Notes: generated from the letters alone by a model not told the origin. A stretch of DNA of 63,942 nucleotides, filler included, from 4 parts of 4 records of this genome joined end to end with filler, not necessarily neighbours in it; one strand, 5' to 3'; positions 9,389 to 19,083 are shown, counted from the first letter of the whole stretch. Program-made: numbers and translations.

Positions 9389-10030
9389 ATGCAGATAGTT
9401 GACAACATAACCGACCTTGACGGGACGGATTTTGATTCATGCGAATTTAACTCGCTGCGCTTTGATGGCATGGATCTTTCACAATACCGATTTGAGAACA
9501 GCATCTTCCTTGATTGCAGCTTTAACAGCGCACTCATGGAAGAGAGTACATTTCTAAAGTGTAAGGCGCTCAATGCTGATTTCAGCTACTCTCGCATATC
9601 TGACGCCCAATTTGAGGGGTGCAATCTGTCCCTCACGAACTGGTCAGGGGCGGACATAACGGGCTCCATATTTCGTGATTGTAAGTTAACCGGTGCGGAT
9701 TTCAAAGACGCACGCGCCTTAGGAATAGACTTCAACGGTTCCGTTCTCTCGGGTGCGTTTCTGCGTAAGATGAATTTTCGGAAGCACCACTTGGATGGCA
9801 TCGACTTTACCGAAGCTGATCTTGCTGGGTGTGATTTTCGTGATGTGACCTTTGACAAATGCCGTTTACAAGCAGCCCATCTTGCGACGGCACGTTTTGA
9901 TGGCGCGGATCTGCGTTCGGCTGACCTCGGGATTCTGACGTTCTCTAATGTGACTTGCTTTAAGGGCGCGATCATTTCCAAGAATCAGGCAACCGAGTTG
10001 CTGCATGGGTTGGGTTTGATGGTTCTTTGA
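9389..10030 (+). CDS. Pentapeptide repeat protein (Qnr/MfpA-like fold)
   Basis: Continuous A(D/N)(L/F)xx pentapeptide repeats with periodic Cys/Phe over about 200 aa; C-terminal ..QATELLHGLGLMVL helix typical of the family. Confidence 0.9.
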   Translation: MQIVDNITDLDGTDFDSCEFNSLRFDGMDLSQYRFENSIFLDCSFNSALMEESTFLKCKALNADFSYSRISDAQFEGCNLSLTNWSGADITGSIFRDCKLTGADFKDARALGIDFNGSVLSGAFLRKMNFRKHHLDGIDFTEADLAGCDFRDVTFDKCRLQAAHLATARFDGADLRSADLGILTFSNVTCFKGAIISKNQATELLHGLGLMVL

Positions 10031-10190
10031 TATTGATGTGATCGCCGGCTGGCTCATTCGCAACTTAGCTGACCAATTGTGGTGGCAAAATCGCCGATCG
10101 CGCTTGAATTCAGGCAATCAAAACCGCAGTGTGGCTAAGTTTATAGACAAACAAAGACGAAACCACTCTAGACTTCGCATGTAGACGCTT

Positions 10191-12866
10191 TTGAAAAGGG
10201 AGAACCCGGTGCGGTACCTGATAAAAGGTTTAATGGCGTTGGGTACAATTGCCCTAGTTTTAGTCTGTGCAGCCTGGCTCATCCTTTCGTCGTCTATGTT
10301 TTCGTCGTTGAGAACAGCTTTCGTTGAAAACATGATTGCTGAAAAACTTGGCCAAACTGTCTTGATCGAAGATGATGTACGAATTGGCATCGGAGCCAAG
10401 CTAGAAGTCTCAGCGACTGGTTTACAGCTTCCCAGTTCGTCAATTGAAGGTGTCGACCTCGCGGTTATCGACACCTTGCACTTTGATATTTCAACAAAAG
10501 ACTTATTGAAGGGCAAGTTGTCACTTAGCAAACTTACTGTGGCAGGGGTTCACCTGAATCTCTTCACCAACGCTGACGGTGCCACAACCTGGCAGGCGGT
10601 GTCCGAAAATGAAAACGGTCAAAAGAAACCCGCCAAATCCTCTGAGAGCGCGGTCACCGACATTTTTTCAGATCAGGGAATCAGTCTGAGCGACGTAATA
10701 GTCCTTTACCAGAATGCTCAAAACGGTCTGGACTTAGATATTCAACTTTCTGACATGGTTCTGAACAAAGGCACTGCCACCGAAGATGCTACTGCGATTG
10801 GGGCCGGTACATTGAACGGTGAACCCTATAAACTGAAAGGCCTCTTTCCATCCGAGGACCCGTTTCATGTCTCGATTGAGTTTGAACACATTTCTATAGC
10901 CGCAAACCAAATCGCTCAGACCACCGGATTGGAAGTAAAAACGACGGTCGAGATCGTCGAACTTGGGCAGTTACAAGATTTGCTCAAACTTGATCGCGTT
11001 TTGGAAGGAACAGGGAGCATTAGTGCAACCTATAAAACCCAAGAAGAAGTGGCGCGTATTGATGATCTCGATGTCGAGGTGCAATTGGCCGGCGGGCAAA
11101 GCCTTGGCGTGATGGGACACATCGGCGAACTTGGAAACCCCGCAGATGTTTCGCTAACAACCCGGATCAGGCTTTATCCAGAGGACGCTGAGCCCGCAGC
11201 TACCAATAGGCGCAAAGATCTCAAACTTATCGCTGTTGATATGATCATTGACAGCGTCCCTGGGCAAACGCCTCAGCGTCAGATGGTTATCAAAACCAAT
11301 GGCTTTACTTTGGACACCTCTGGCGAAGGGCCGCCGCCAATAAAATTCTCCGGAATTTCCAGAACGCCCAACGGCGCCCTGCGGGTCGGCAACGTGAATT
11401 TGCGAATTGGGGTGCCATCCGATCCTATCATTATTTTGAATGGGTCCATCGAGGACGCTTTGCAGTTACAGGGTATTTCTGCGGAGGGTGTGCTGGACAT
11501 TCCAGCCAGCAGTCTGATTTCACCAGAGCTGTTGGGAGCAGATGATCAACTGGGCAAGTTCACCGGTCTCTTTCACCTAGATGGCGATATCGACCAACTC
11601 TCACTCTCCGATTTGAATGGTGAGACTAGTGAAACAGATCTTTGGAGCCTCAACGTTCATGGAACAGTGAACAATGTCCTAAAATTTGAGAACATAGATT
11701 TGGGAATAAGCGTCAAGGTACCCTCCGGCGCAGAGCTCTTACAAGCATTGTCCCTTGAGCCGGTTGAGACAGGGCAGGCCAGCTTTAACGTTAACTTACG
11801 CAGTCAAGGTACCGATTGGAGCACAAGTGCCGACGTGGTCGTCGCTGACTCAGGGTTGAACATTTCAGCTGAGCTTGATGACGCAACAACCAATCCCGTT
11901 TTGCAGGCAACCATCCATAGCGACCTTATAAAGATTGACCAAATTCGCACGATTGTATTGGCTGCCCTACAATTAAGGAAATTAGGAAATTCGGATGACG
12001 CGAACACCCCGAGCGAAGACGCGGAAACGCCCGAAGGAGCTCCAAACCCTCTTCGCGATGTAACCCTCACGCCGATCGGTCGATCCATTCTTTTGTCCGG
12101 ATTGGACATGGATGTCGACGTCGATTTGCGCCAAATCGAAGGCGCCAAGGGCATCAGCAGTTTGCAGAGCGAGGTGACTTTGGACGAAAAGAACCTCAGC
12201 TTTGGACCTTTGGAATTTGAATATGGCGGCGGCCACTTCCACGTGGACGGCCATATGGACCTTACCGATGATGCGCATCTACTAACAATTTCTGGCAAAG
12301 CTGGGGGATGGCAATTAGATGACATCCTGCACAGCCTGAATTTCAAAAAGGGGGCGAGCGGCACTATTCATGCCGATTTCAACCTCACAGGTGGCACAGA
12401 GTCGATCAAAGGCTTTGCACGTTCTATCTCAGGCAACGCGACAGTTTCCATGTCCAACGGATCGATTGAAACTCAGCTTCTCGACTTGGCTGGTCTAGGG
12501 GTATTGCCTTGGGTGTTTTCCAAAGAGAAACAGAAGGTTGCGCCCATTGTCTGCTTACGCGCGCCTTTGAGCATTTCCAATGGAACGATCTCAACCAAGA
12601 AGACCACGTTGGAAACGGACCAGGTGCAAGTCGTTGTCTTTGGAGGGGTGGACCTGAGGAAGAAACAATTGGATCTCAATCTACAGCCTCGCAAGATTGG
12701 TGATCCCCTTTCACGCAGCCCATGGCCAGCTACGTTAAAGGGGCCAATAAACCAGCCAAAGATCAAAGTTAAGGATGGGCCAAGAAAGCTAAAGCGTTCG
12801 GATGGTGCAGATCAAATGCCTGCAAAAAGACAACTCTGTGTTCCCGACATTTTGCAGCTTCAGTGA
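10191..12866 (+). CDS. AsmA family protein
   Basis: N-terminal TM anchor, long beta-rich body, C-terminal AsmA-like region (GNATVSMSNG...TLETDQVQVVVFGGVDLRKKQLDLNLQPR...LKGPINQPKI); start codon uncertain. Confidence 0.8.
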   Translation: MKRENPVRYLIKGLMALGTIALVLVCAAWLILSSSMFSSLRTAFVENMIAEKLGQTVLIEDDVRIGIGAKLEVSATGLQLPSSSIEGVDLAVIDTLHFDISTKDLLKGKLSLSKLTVAGVHLNLFTNADGATTWQAVSENENGQKKPAKSSESAVTDIFSDQGISLSDVIVLYQNAQNGLDLDIQLSDMVLNKGTATEDATAIGAGTLNGEPYKLKGLFPSEDPFHVSIEFEHISIAANQIAQTTGLEVKTTVEIVELGQLQDLLKLDRVLEGTGSISATYKTQEEVARIDDLDVEVQLAGGQSLGVMGHIGELGNPADVSLTTRIRLYPEDAEPAATNRRKDLKLIAVDMIIDSVPGQTPQRQMVIKTNGFTLDTSGEGPPPIKFSGISRTPNGALRVGNVNLRIGVPSDPIIILNGSIEDALQLQGISAEGVLDIPASSLISPELLGADDQLGKFTGLFHLDGDIDQLSLSDLNGETSETDLWSLNVHGTVNNVLKFENIDLGISVKVPSGAELLQALSLEPVETGQASFNVNLRSQGTDWSTSADVVVADSGLNISAELDDATTNPVLQATIHSDLIKIDQIRTIVLAALQLRKLGNSDDANTPSEDAETPEGAPNPLRDVTLTPIGRSILLSGLDMDVDVDLRQIEGAKGISSLQSEVTLDEKNLSFGPLEFEYGGGHFHVDGHMDLTDDAHLLTISGKAGGWQLDDILHSLNFKKGASGTIHADFNLTGGTESIKGFARSISGNATVSMSNGSIETQLLDLAGLGVLPWVFSKEKQKVAPIVCLRAPLSISNGTISTKKTTLETDQVQVVVFGGVDLRKKQLDLNLQPRKIGDPLSRSPWPATLKGPINQPKIKVKDGPRKLKRSDGADQMPAKRQLCVPDILQLQ

Positions 12867-13007
12867 CATGCTAGGCAAGCATGCCAGAACTAACGAGCAA
12901 GTGAGGGGCATCGCAACAATGTCTTTTCTGCAAGGCTCTGACATTCGCTTCGTTTGACCACTCACCCCAGAAATCTCGAGTAAGTGGGCAGGTTCATTCT
13001 TTTGGAC

Positions 13008-13230
13008 AGAGCTCACTAGCTGCCTATAGCTGCCCTTCGTGTACAGCTCAGTGAATTAACATTTTCCACGCTCAATGTTTGAAGTCCATGTCCGCTTTGG
13101 GCTGCCTGCAGCCACCCATGGCTGCTTAGACCTCGCCCAAATGAAGGATAATGGCGCTGCACCGCAGCAAGGCGGCTTTGAGCCCATTTTTCTGTTTCGT
13201 CAAGGCGCAGCGAATGACTGCAAACTCAGA
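13008..13230 (+). repeat. Cluster 2 of the same palindromic repeat family
   Basis: Units 13087-13116 (catgtccgcttt-gggctg-cctgcagccacc) and 13168-13197 (caaggcggcttt-gagccc-atttttctgttt); linker 13198-13212 (cgtcaaggcgcagcg) followed by aatgac; linker-like 13038-13053. Confidence 0.75.
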
Positions 13231-13261
13231 TACCAACTAAGAAAATATGGTAGTGAGGTGT

Positions 13262-13882
13262 TCAGTAATAGCGGCAGGTCAAGCCATGTCGGTACATTGC
13301 GTGTGCAAGCTGAGACATGTCACCCGCGCGCGCAGGAAACTCCATAACAACGTTGATTCGAACAGAGAATAAAAGTTTCTCATCAGCGGTCAGGTATCGA
13401 GCGGTGTGGTTCCGCTGAGCAAATGAACCATGGTCACCAGATTGAATTTCGGAAAGCCATTTCATCAATACGTTTGATTTGGCTTGCAGTTCATTTGTAC
13501 CGAGCGTTCTATTATCACTCCAAGAAATGCGAAGTTCGCGAAGTTTGGCATTTAGCTCTTCAATTGTCATACCCGAAGCTTCGGCCCGGGCAGGCCAAGC
13601 AACATTGTATCGGGTCGAAAGCTGTTTCCCATACGGCCATTCAAGGCGTCCTGGGTCGGTTTCATAGCTCTGAACATCAAACAGGCTGATTGTGGCGAAG
13701 GACTCGGATAATTCGGTCAGTTTAACATTGCAGTCCTTGATAACTGCCTCAAAATTTCCACTTAGACGGTCGTCTTCGTGTATCGGACTCGAAGGGAAAA
13801 ACCGATCAAGCTCAGTTGTGGCAAAAGCTTGGCTGCAACTCATTAAAACTAGGGCGACAAATAGACTTCCAGATCCCGACAT
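13262..13882 (-). CDS. Hypothetical secreted protein
   Basis: 206-aa ORF with signal-peptide-like N-terminus (LFVALVLMSCSQAFA) and AGG-containing RBS; no family recognised. Confidence 0.65.
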   Translation of the reverse strand: MSGSGSLFVALVLMSCSQAFATTELDRFFPSSPIHEDDRLSGNFEAVIKDCNVKLTELSESFATISLFDVQSYETDPGRLEWPYGKQLSTRYNVAWPARAEASGMTIEELNAKLRELRISWSDNRTLGTNELQAKSNVLMKWLSEIQSGDHGSFAQRNHTARYLTADEKLLFSVRINVVMEFPARAGDMSQLAHAMYRHGLTCRYY

Positions 13883-13983
13883 TAATACCTAATCCTGTTT
13901 CCAAGTAATTCCTGCGTCTGGTGCATGGGATCGTCGAGCTTAGCATTTTATCGCAATAAATACTGCATAGTGTGCATTAGGTT

Positions 13984-14174
13984 TATGTCGGCTTCGTCCG
14001 CACAACTGCTGTTGGGCGGGCCTCCTTTGCTGGACTGCAACCTTCTTACTGCGGAGAACATGCAAGGTTCGTTGTTCCGCGTTGCAGACCTAATCTTGGT
14101 TTGACCCCAATGGTCGCTTGGAACGGCTGTAGCCCTTACCGGAAAACGTGCAGCTTTCCGCCATACGAGCCGTT
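13984..14174 (+). repeat. Cluster 3 of the same palindromic repeat family
   Basis: Units 13984-14013 (tatgtcggcttc-gtccgc-acaactgctgtt), about 14064-14092 (aaggttcgttgttccgcgttgcagaccta) and about 14146-14174 (acgtgcagctttccgccatacgagccgtt). Confidence 0.6.
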
Positions 14175-14543
14175 GCATTCGTTCAAAAATCAGTTCCGAG
14201 TTTGAAATCTGGAATACTGACCGATGCAATGCTTGCCGCGCTGTAATTATTGCGATTTTCCGTTTCTGGGAATTGATAGCAATACCGGGAACAGGATTTC
14301 CCAGTTAGCGTGTCAATCTTCGCGGTTTTTTTGAGGTTAGGGCAGGGGCGAACTTAGCCTAAAGTCCTGATTTAAAGGGAGGCACAAGCGCCTTGATGCG
14401 TTTGCAATTATCTCTGTTGCAAAATGCGCAAAACGTTCTGAGAACCCCGTTTGAAGCCTTGTTGAAAAACATCAGGCGTTCGGCTGAGATTGAGCCGTAT
14501 TGCGCTATAAATCCCTGTTTTTACTGATCCTGTCCGGGTTCTT

Positions 14544-14643
14544 NNNNNNNNNNNNNNNNNNNNNNNNNNNNNNNNNNNNNNNNNNNNTTAATTAATTAAN
14601 NNNNNNNNNNNNNNNNNNNNNNNNNNNNNNNNNNNNNNNNNNN
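14544..14643. other. Artificial contig linker
   Basis: N44-TTAATTAATTAA-N44, with stop codons in all six frames. Confidence 0.99.
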
Positions 14644-14987
14644 GCCTCAAGCAAAGTTCCTCTGACACTGCCCTCGAATGGGCGTGATGAGCATGGAGCG
14701 GACGTCCTCGGGTGTGATCACTCTCCCTGCCGTCTTTTGAAAAGAGTCAAATATACACACGCATATGCCACCTAGGGATACACATCTGAGAAGCTATCGT
14801 TGGAGCGAAGGTCAAAAAATTCGAGCCTGCCTTCAACTCTCCACCTGTAAACAATGGTACATGATTCAAAATTCTTTTCAGTTTTTTGCTCAAAGGCCTG
14901 TCGGTACAAATCATCTCTACAAACAAGGCGAATTTTGGCTTGGAGCGCTTCTCCGTCCCGGTTTCGCCGATGACAAGGAGGAAAGAA

Positions 14988-15959
14988 ATGTTCAAGATTT
15001 CAACGGGACTCGGGTGCTTATTTGCTGCGGCAATCACCGCCTCGGCGGCCCAGGCAGACGACTGCGGTGAAGTATCACTGATGCAGGCCGATTGGGGGTC
15101 AGCGCAAATTGTGACTGCGGTCTCGAAGTTCCTGATGGAGCAAGGCTATGGTTGCGAAGTGACCACGGTTCCGCTCTCGAGCAACCCTGCGCTGGCATCC
15201 GTATCCGAGACCGGGGAGCCTGATATTCTGACTGAAATCTGGACAAACGGCGCGCCGGCTTACCAAGGGCTGGTTGACTCAGGTGCGATCATTCCTGTGA
15301 CCGAAGTTCTGTCAGATGGCGGTGTCGAAGGGTTTTTTGTTCCGAACTACCTTGTGGAGGAACATCCGGAACTGGCAACACTTGAAGGCATCGCAGCCAA
15401 CCCCGAACTCGTCGGAAATCGCTTTCACAACTGCCCCGAAGGGTGGACCTGCCTGAATGTCAGCACCAACCTGATGAAGGCAGGCGGGCTGATCGATGCA
15501 GGCATTGAAAACTTTGTGCATGGATCTGGCGAAACCCTCGCGGCTTCGATCGCTGCCGCCTACGAAAACAAAGAGCCATGGTTCGGCTTTTATTGGGCGC
15601 CGACATCGGTACTGGGCAAATACCCGATGACTCTGGTCGATATGGGTCCCCATGACCCTGAAAAGCATGCCTGCAACATCACGGCGGAATGCGCGACGCC
15701 AGAAGTCAGCGCCTTTCCCCGCAGTGTCGTGGTCACAGTTCTCTCCAAGGAATTCATGGCTGAAAACGCAGCAGTGTCTGACCTGATGACAAATTTGTCC
15801 TTCACCAACACACAGATGGGCGAAACGCTGGCATGGGTCGAGGACAACAATGCCTCCTACGATGAAGGTGCTGTGCACTTTCTGACGACCTACAAGGATG
15901 TCTGGGGGGCGTGGCTTAACGATGCTGCGCGCGACAAACTTTCCGCATTGCTGCAGTAA
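14988..15959 (+). CDS. Glycine betaine/proline-type ABC transporter substrate-binding protein (ProX/OpuAC family)
   Basis: AGGAGG RBS, signal peptide; CGEV..MQADWGSA, GYGCEV, PDILTEIW, NCPEGWTC and FYWAPT motifs. Confidence 0.9.
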   Translation: MFKISTGLGCLFAAAITASAAQADDCGEVSLMQADWGSAQIVTAVSKFLMEQGYGCEVTTVPLSSNPALASVSETGEPDILTEIWTNGAPAYQGLVDSGAIIPVTEVLSDGGVEGFFVPNYLVEEHPELATLEGIAANPELVGNRFHNCPEGWTCLNVSTNLMKAGGLIDAGIENFVHGSGETLAASIAAAYENKEPWFGFYWAPTSVLGKYPMTLVDMGPHDPEKHACNITAECATPEVSAFPRSVVVTVLSKEFMAENAAVSDLMTNLSFTNTQMGETLAWVEDNNASYDEGAVHFLTTYKDVWGAWLNDAARDKLSALLQ

Positions 15960-15970
15960 ACTGCATGGAA

Positions 15971-15994
15971 AGGGGCATCCTCAGTGATGCCCCT
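15971..15994 (+). terminator. Stem-loop after the substrate-binding protein gene (mRNA stabiliser or attenuator)
   Basis: AGGGGCATC-ctcagt-GATGCCCCT 9-bp stem without a U tract. Confidence 0.55.
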
Positions 15995-16026
15995 AACGCA
16001 GTGAAGAAGATTGGAAAGTTGGATAA

Positions 16027-17055
16027 ATGGCCTTCTACGACAAGTTATTCAGCGCCTTGGTTTTGAGCGACTGGTGCGGCACATCAGATGCCGATGCGCC
16101 TCTTTCGTTGGCGGACCTTGCGGCGCGAGCAGGGGGACAGGAGGCCTCTGGGCCGTTCTTTCCGATTCCTTCATTCGATAATCTGCATGAAAGCTGCAAC
16201 CGCATATGGCAGTCGCGCGATGTAACCAACGGTATCGAAGAAGGGTTTCTGGCAGCCAAACCTGCTCTGAAAGCTGTTCTGGATCCGATCACACAACCAT
16301 TGAGCTGGATGTTGGATGGCGCACTTTGGCTGTTTGAGGCGACGCCATGGTTCATCATGGTCCCGCTTCTGGTGGCGATTTCCTGGTACGCGTCGCGTTC
16401 GCGCCCTGTGACGATCTTCGTCGCCGTCTCGATCATGCTGCTGGCCCTCGTAGATCACTACGATGTGGCGATGCAAACCCTGTCGATCATCTTTGTGTGC
16501 ACGACGTTATCGGTGCTTTTCGGTGTGCCAATAGGAATTGCCATGTCGAAATCCGACCGATTGCAAAAAAGCGTCGTTCCGTTACTCGACCTGCTGCAGA
16601 CCCTGCCGACCTTCGTGTACCTGATCCCTCTGATTTTCTTGTTCTCGGTCACGGAATCCAAACTGTACGGGATTGCGATCATCCTTTACGCGATTGTGCC
16701 GGTGATCCGCCTGACAGATTTGGGCATCCGGCTTGTCGACAGGGATGTGATTGAGGCGGCTAATGCCTTTGGCATGACGGATCGCCAGAAACTGTTGCGG
16801 GTCCAATTGCCGTTGGCGTTGCCCAATATCATGGCCGGGATCAATCAGACCATCATGATGAGCCTTGCCATGGTCGTGATCGCCTCTCTTGTTTCGGCTC
16901 CTGGCCTTGGCGTGAACGTGTTGCGCGGTATCCGAAACCTTGAACTGGGTGTGGGCATCGTTGCGGGTATCGGCATCGTGCTGCTGGCCGTGATCCTTGA
17001 TCGCGTGTCCAAAGCGGCTCTCACACGGGTCGATAAAACCCAAGTCAAGCACTAA
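16027..17055 (+). CDS. Betaine-type ABC transporter permease (ProW family)
   Basis: LDLLQTLPTFVYLIP, EAA loop (IEAANAFGMT), IMAGINQTIMMSLAMVVIASLV. Confidence 0.92.
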   Translation: MAFYDKLFSALVLSDWCGTSDADAPLSLADLAARAGGQEASGPFFPIPSFDNLHESCNRIWQSRDVTNGIEEGFLAAKPALKAVLDPITQPLSWMLDGALWLFEATPWFIMVPLLVAISWYASRSRPVTIFVAVSIMLLALVDHYDVAMQTLSIIFVCTTLSVLFGVPIGIAMSKSDRLQKSVVPLLDLLQTLPTFVYLIPLIFLFSVTESKLYGIAIILYAIVPVIRLTDLGIRLVDRDVIEAANAFGMTDRQKLLRVQLPLALPNIMAGINQTIMMSLAMVVIASLVSAPGLGVNVLRGIRNLELGVGIVAGIGIVLLAVILDRVSKAALTRVDKTQVKH

Positions 17056-17067
17056 GGAGCCGTTTCG

Positions 17068-18126
17068 ATGACACAACCAATGGTCAGCCTTCGCGGGCTC
17101 TACAAGATCTTCGGCGCCCACGACAAAGAGGTGCTCAGCCACGTCAAGAACGGCATGGCTAAGGAAGAGTTGCTGGCGCAGCACAAACACGTGCTGGGTC
17201 TCAACGACATCAACGTCGACATGCAGGCGGGCGAAATCACCGTTGTCATGGGCCTGTCAGGCTCGGGTAAATCCACGCTGATCCGCCACCTGAACCGGTT
17301 GATCGAACCCACTGCGGGCGAGATCATGGTGCAGGGTGAGGACGTGATGAGCTTGTCTGAAGACGGGCTGCGTCATGCCCGCCAGGAAAAGATGTCGATG
17401 GTGTTCCAGAAGTTTGCGCTTATGCCGCACAAGACCGTGCTAAAAAATGCGGGCATGCCTCTGTCCGTGCGTGGCGAGGACGAGGCAACCTGCGACCGCG
17501 AAGCCGCGAAATGGCTGGATCGCGTTGGTCTGAGCGGGTTCGAGAACCACTATCCCGCGCAGCTGTCGGGCGGCATGCAACAGCGGGTGGGCATTGCCCG
17601 GGCGCTGACCGCAAACACACCGATCATGCTGATGGACGAGGCGTTCTCGGCCCTTGACCCGCTCATCCGAACCGACATGCAGGACCTGCTGCTCGAGCTG
17701 CAAAAAGAGCTGCACAAGACCATCATCTTCATCACTCACGATCTCGATGAGGCGTTGAAACTGGCCGATCACCTTGTGATCCTCAAGGACGGCTTTGTCG
17801 TGCAACAGGGCGAGCCGCAGCATATCCTGCTGAACCCCAACGATCCCTACATCGAAGACTTCGTGAGCGACATCAACCGCGCACGGGTTCTGCGGGTGCG
17901 CTCGGTTATGACTCCAATTGGGGGTGACAAAGTTCCCGCGGATGCCCATGGCGAAGTGGACGTGAACGACACGCTCGAAAGCATGATCGCGCGGTCCGGC
18001 GGGGATACGTCACACGCCTATGTCGTCAAAGATGGGGAGCAGACGGTCGGCACACTGGATATGACCGAACTGGTTCGCGCTCTCGTCCCTCGCGTCGCAT
18101 CCAAGGCCGGTGCGCGTCAGTCCTGA
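17068..18126 (+). CDS. Betaine-type ABC transporter ATP-binding protein (ProV family)
   Basis: Walker A GLSGSGKS, LSGGMQQRVG, MDEAFSALDPLIR. Confidence 0.95.
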   Translation: MTQPMVSLRGLYKIFGAHDKEVLSHVKNGMAKEELLAQHKHVLGLNDINVDMQAGEITVVMGLSGSGKSTLIRHLNRLIEPTAGEIMVQGEDVMSLSEDGLRHARQEKMSMVFQKFALMPHKTVLKNAGMPLSVRGEDEATCDREAAKWLDRVGLSGFENHYPAQLSGGMQQRVGIARALTANTPIMLMDEAFSALDPLIRTDMQDLLLELQKELHKTIIFITHDLDEALKLADHLVILKDGFVVQQGEPQHILLNPNDPYIEDFVSDINRARVLRVRSVMTPIGGDKVPADAHGEVDVNDTLESMIARSGGDTSHAYVVKDGEQTVGTLDMTELVRALVPRVASKAGARQS

Positions 18127-18159
18127 CGCGCGCTGACAGCAGAGCTGAATTTTATAAGA

Positions 18160-19083
18160 TCAGGCTCGAAATAGCCGCATGGTTGGGTCGGCCTCGATCC
18201 GTTCGAACAGCCAGTTGATAAATGTATCGAGCTTCGGGTTGGGTGTACGTTCTTTTTGCGTCGCCAGATACCAGCGGCCTGGTTCTGGCACCGATATGTC
18301 GAACGGTCTGACCAGACGACCCCTTTCAAGATCGCGCGCGCAAAACGGTGCTCTTGCGACGCTGATACCGCGATTGTTCAGAACAGCCTCACGGACAAGC
18401 GGGTAATTGTCGAAAATCGGGCCGAATTTCATAGTGCCACGGTCCAAGCCCGCCGCATCCAACCAACAGTCCCAGTCATCCGGCTCATTCCATGTGCTTG
18501 GGACACTCAGCAATAGGAAATTTCTTAGCTCTTCCAGCGGCATTCCACCGCTTGGCACATTCAAGGCCTCCGGTGCACAAACCGGGTAGATATCCGTTTC
18601 GAACAAGGGGTTATAGTCAAATCTCTTATCAAAAGGTGGTGCATTGAACACGCCCACATCGAACCGGTGCATGTCATAATCACCGTCTTCAAAGGTAGAG
18701 ACTATGCGCACGCGTGTGTCAGGATTGTTCTGAAGAAAATCTGCCAATCTGGGCTGTAGCCACATTGTGTTGAAACTTGCGTAGGACTGAACGAGCAAAA
18801 CGTTCGGCTCCTCGGGGGTCTGGATGCGCCGCGTGGCTTTGATGATTCCCTGAATGTGTTCGCGGATCGAAGGGTAGTATTGCTCGCCAGCCGGTGTCAG
18901 TTCGACCGAACGGCTGGTGCGTTCCAGCAGTTTGACACCGATTGATGTTTCCAGTGCCTTGACCTGGTGGCTGACTGCCGCATGCGTCACACAAATCTCG
19001 TCAGCCGCCTTTCGAAAGCTCTTGTGACGCGCTACCGCCTCAAAAGCGCGCAGTGAAACCAGCGTGGGCATATGAGTGGTCAT
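18160..19083 (-). CDS. LysR family regulator (GcvA-like)
   Basis: LRAFEAVARHKSFRKAADEICVTHAAVSHQVKALE helix-turn-helix; divergent from the CoA ligase operon. Confidence 0.92.
   Translation of the reverse strand: MTTHMPTLVSLRAFEAVARHKSFRKAADEICVTHAAVSHQVKALETSIGVKLLERTSRSVELTPAGEQYYPSIREHIQGIIKATRRIQTPEEPNVLLVQSYASFNTMWLQPRLADFLQNNPDTRVRIVSTFEDGDYDMHRFDVGVFNAPPFDKRFDYNPLFETDIYPVCAPEALNVPSGGMPLEELRNFLLLSVPSTWNEPDDWDCWLDAAGLDRGTMKFGPIFDNYPLVREAVLNNRGISVARAPFCARDLERGRLVRPFDISVPEPGRWYLATQKERTPNPKLDTFINWLFERIEADPTMRLFRA

Noticed and set aside
12918-12945. AATGTC-N16-GACATT as a further repeat unit
   Set aside because: Ends match the family but spacing is 2 bp short and the inner arms do not match; left out of the cluster as uncertain.
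14544-14643. TTAATTAATTAA inside N runs, repeated three times in the window
   Set aside because: Artificial scaffold linker with six-frame stops; not a biological repeat or CtrA site. ORFs containing X across it are artefacts.
14988-15959. Assigning the binding protein as TMAO-specific TmoX or a specific betaine binder
   Set aside because: The sequence supports only the general ProX/OpuAC family; specificity cannot be read by eye.
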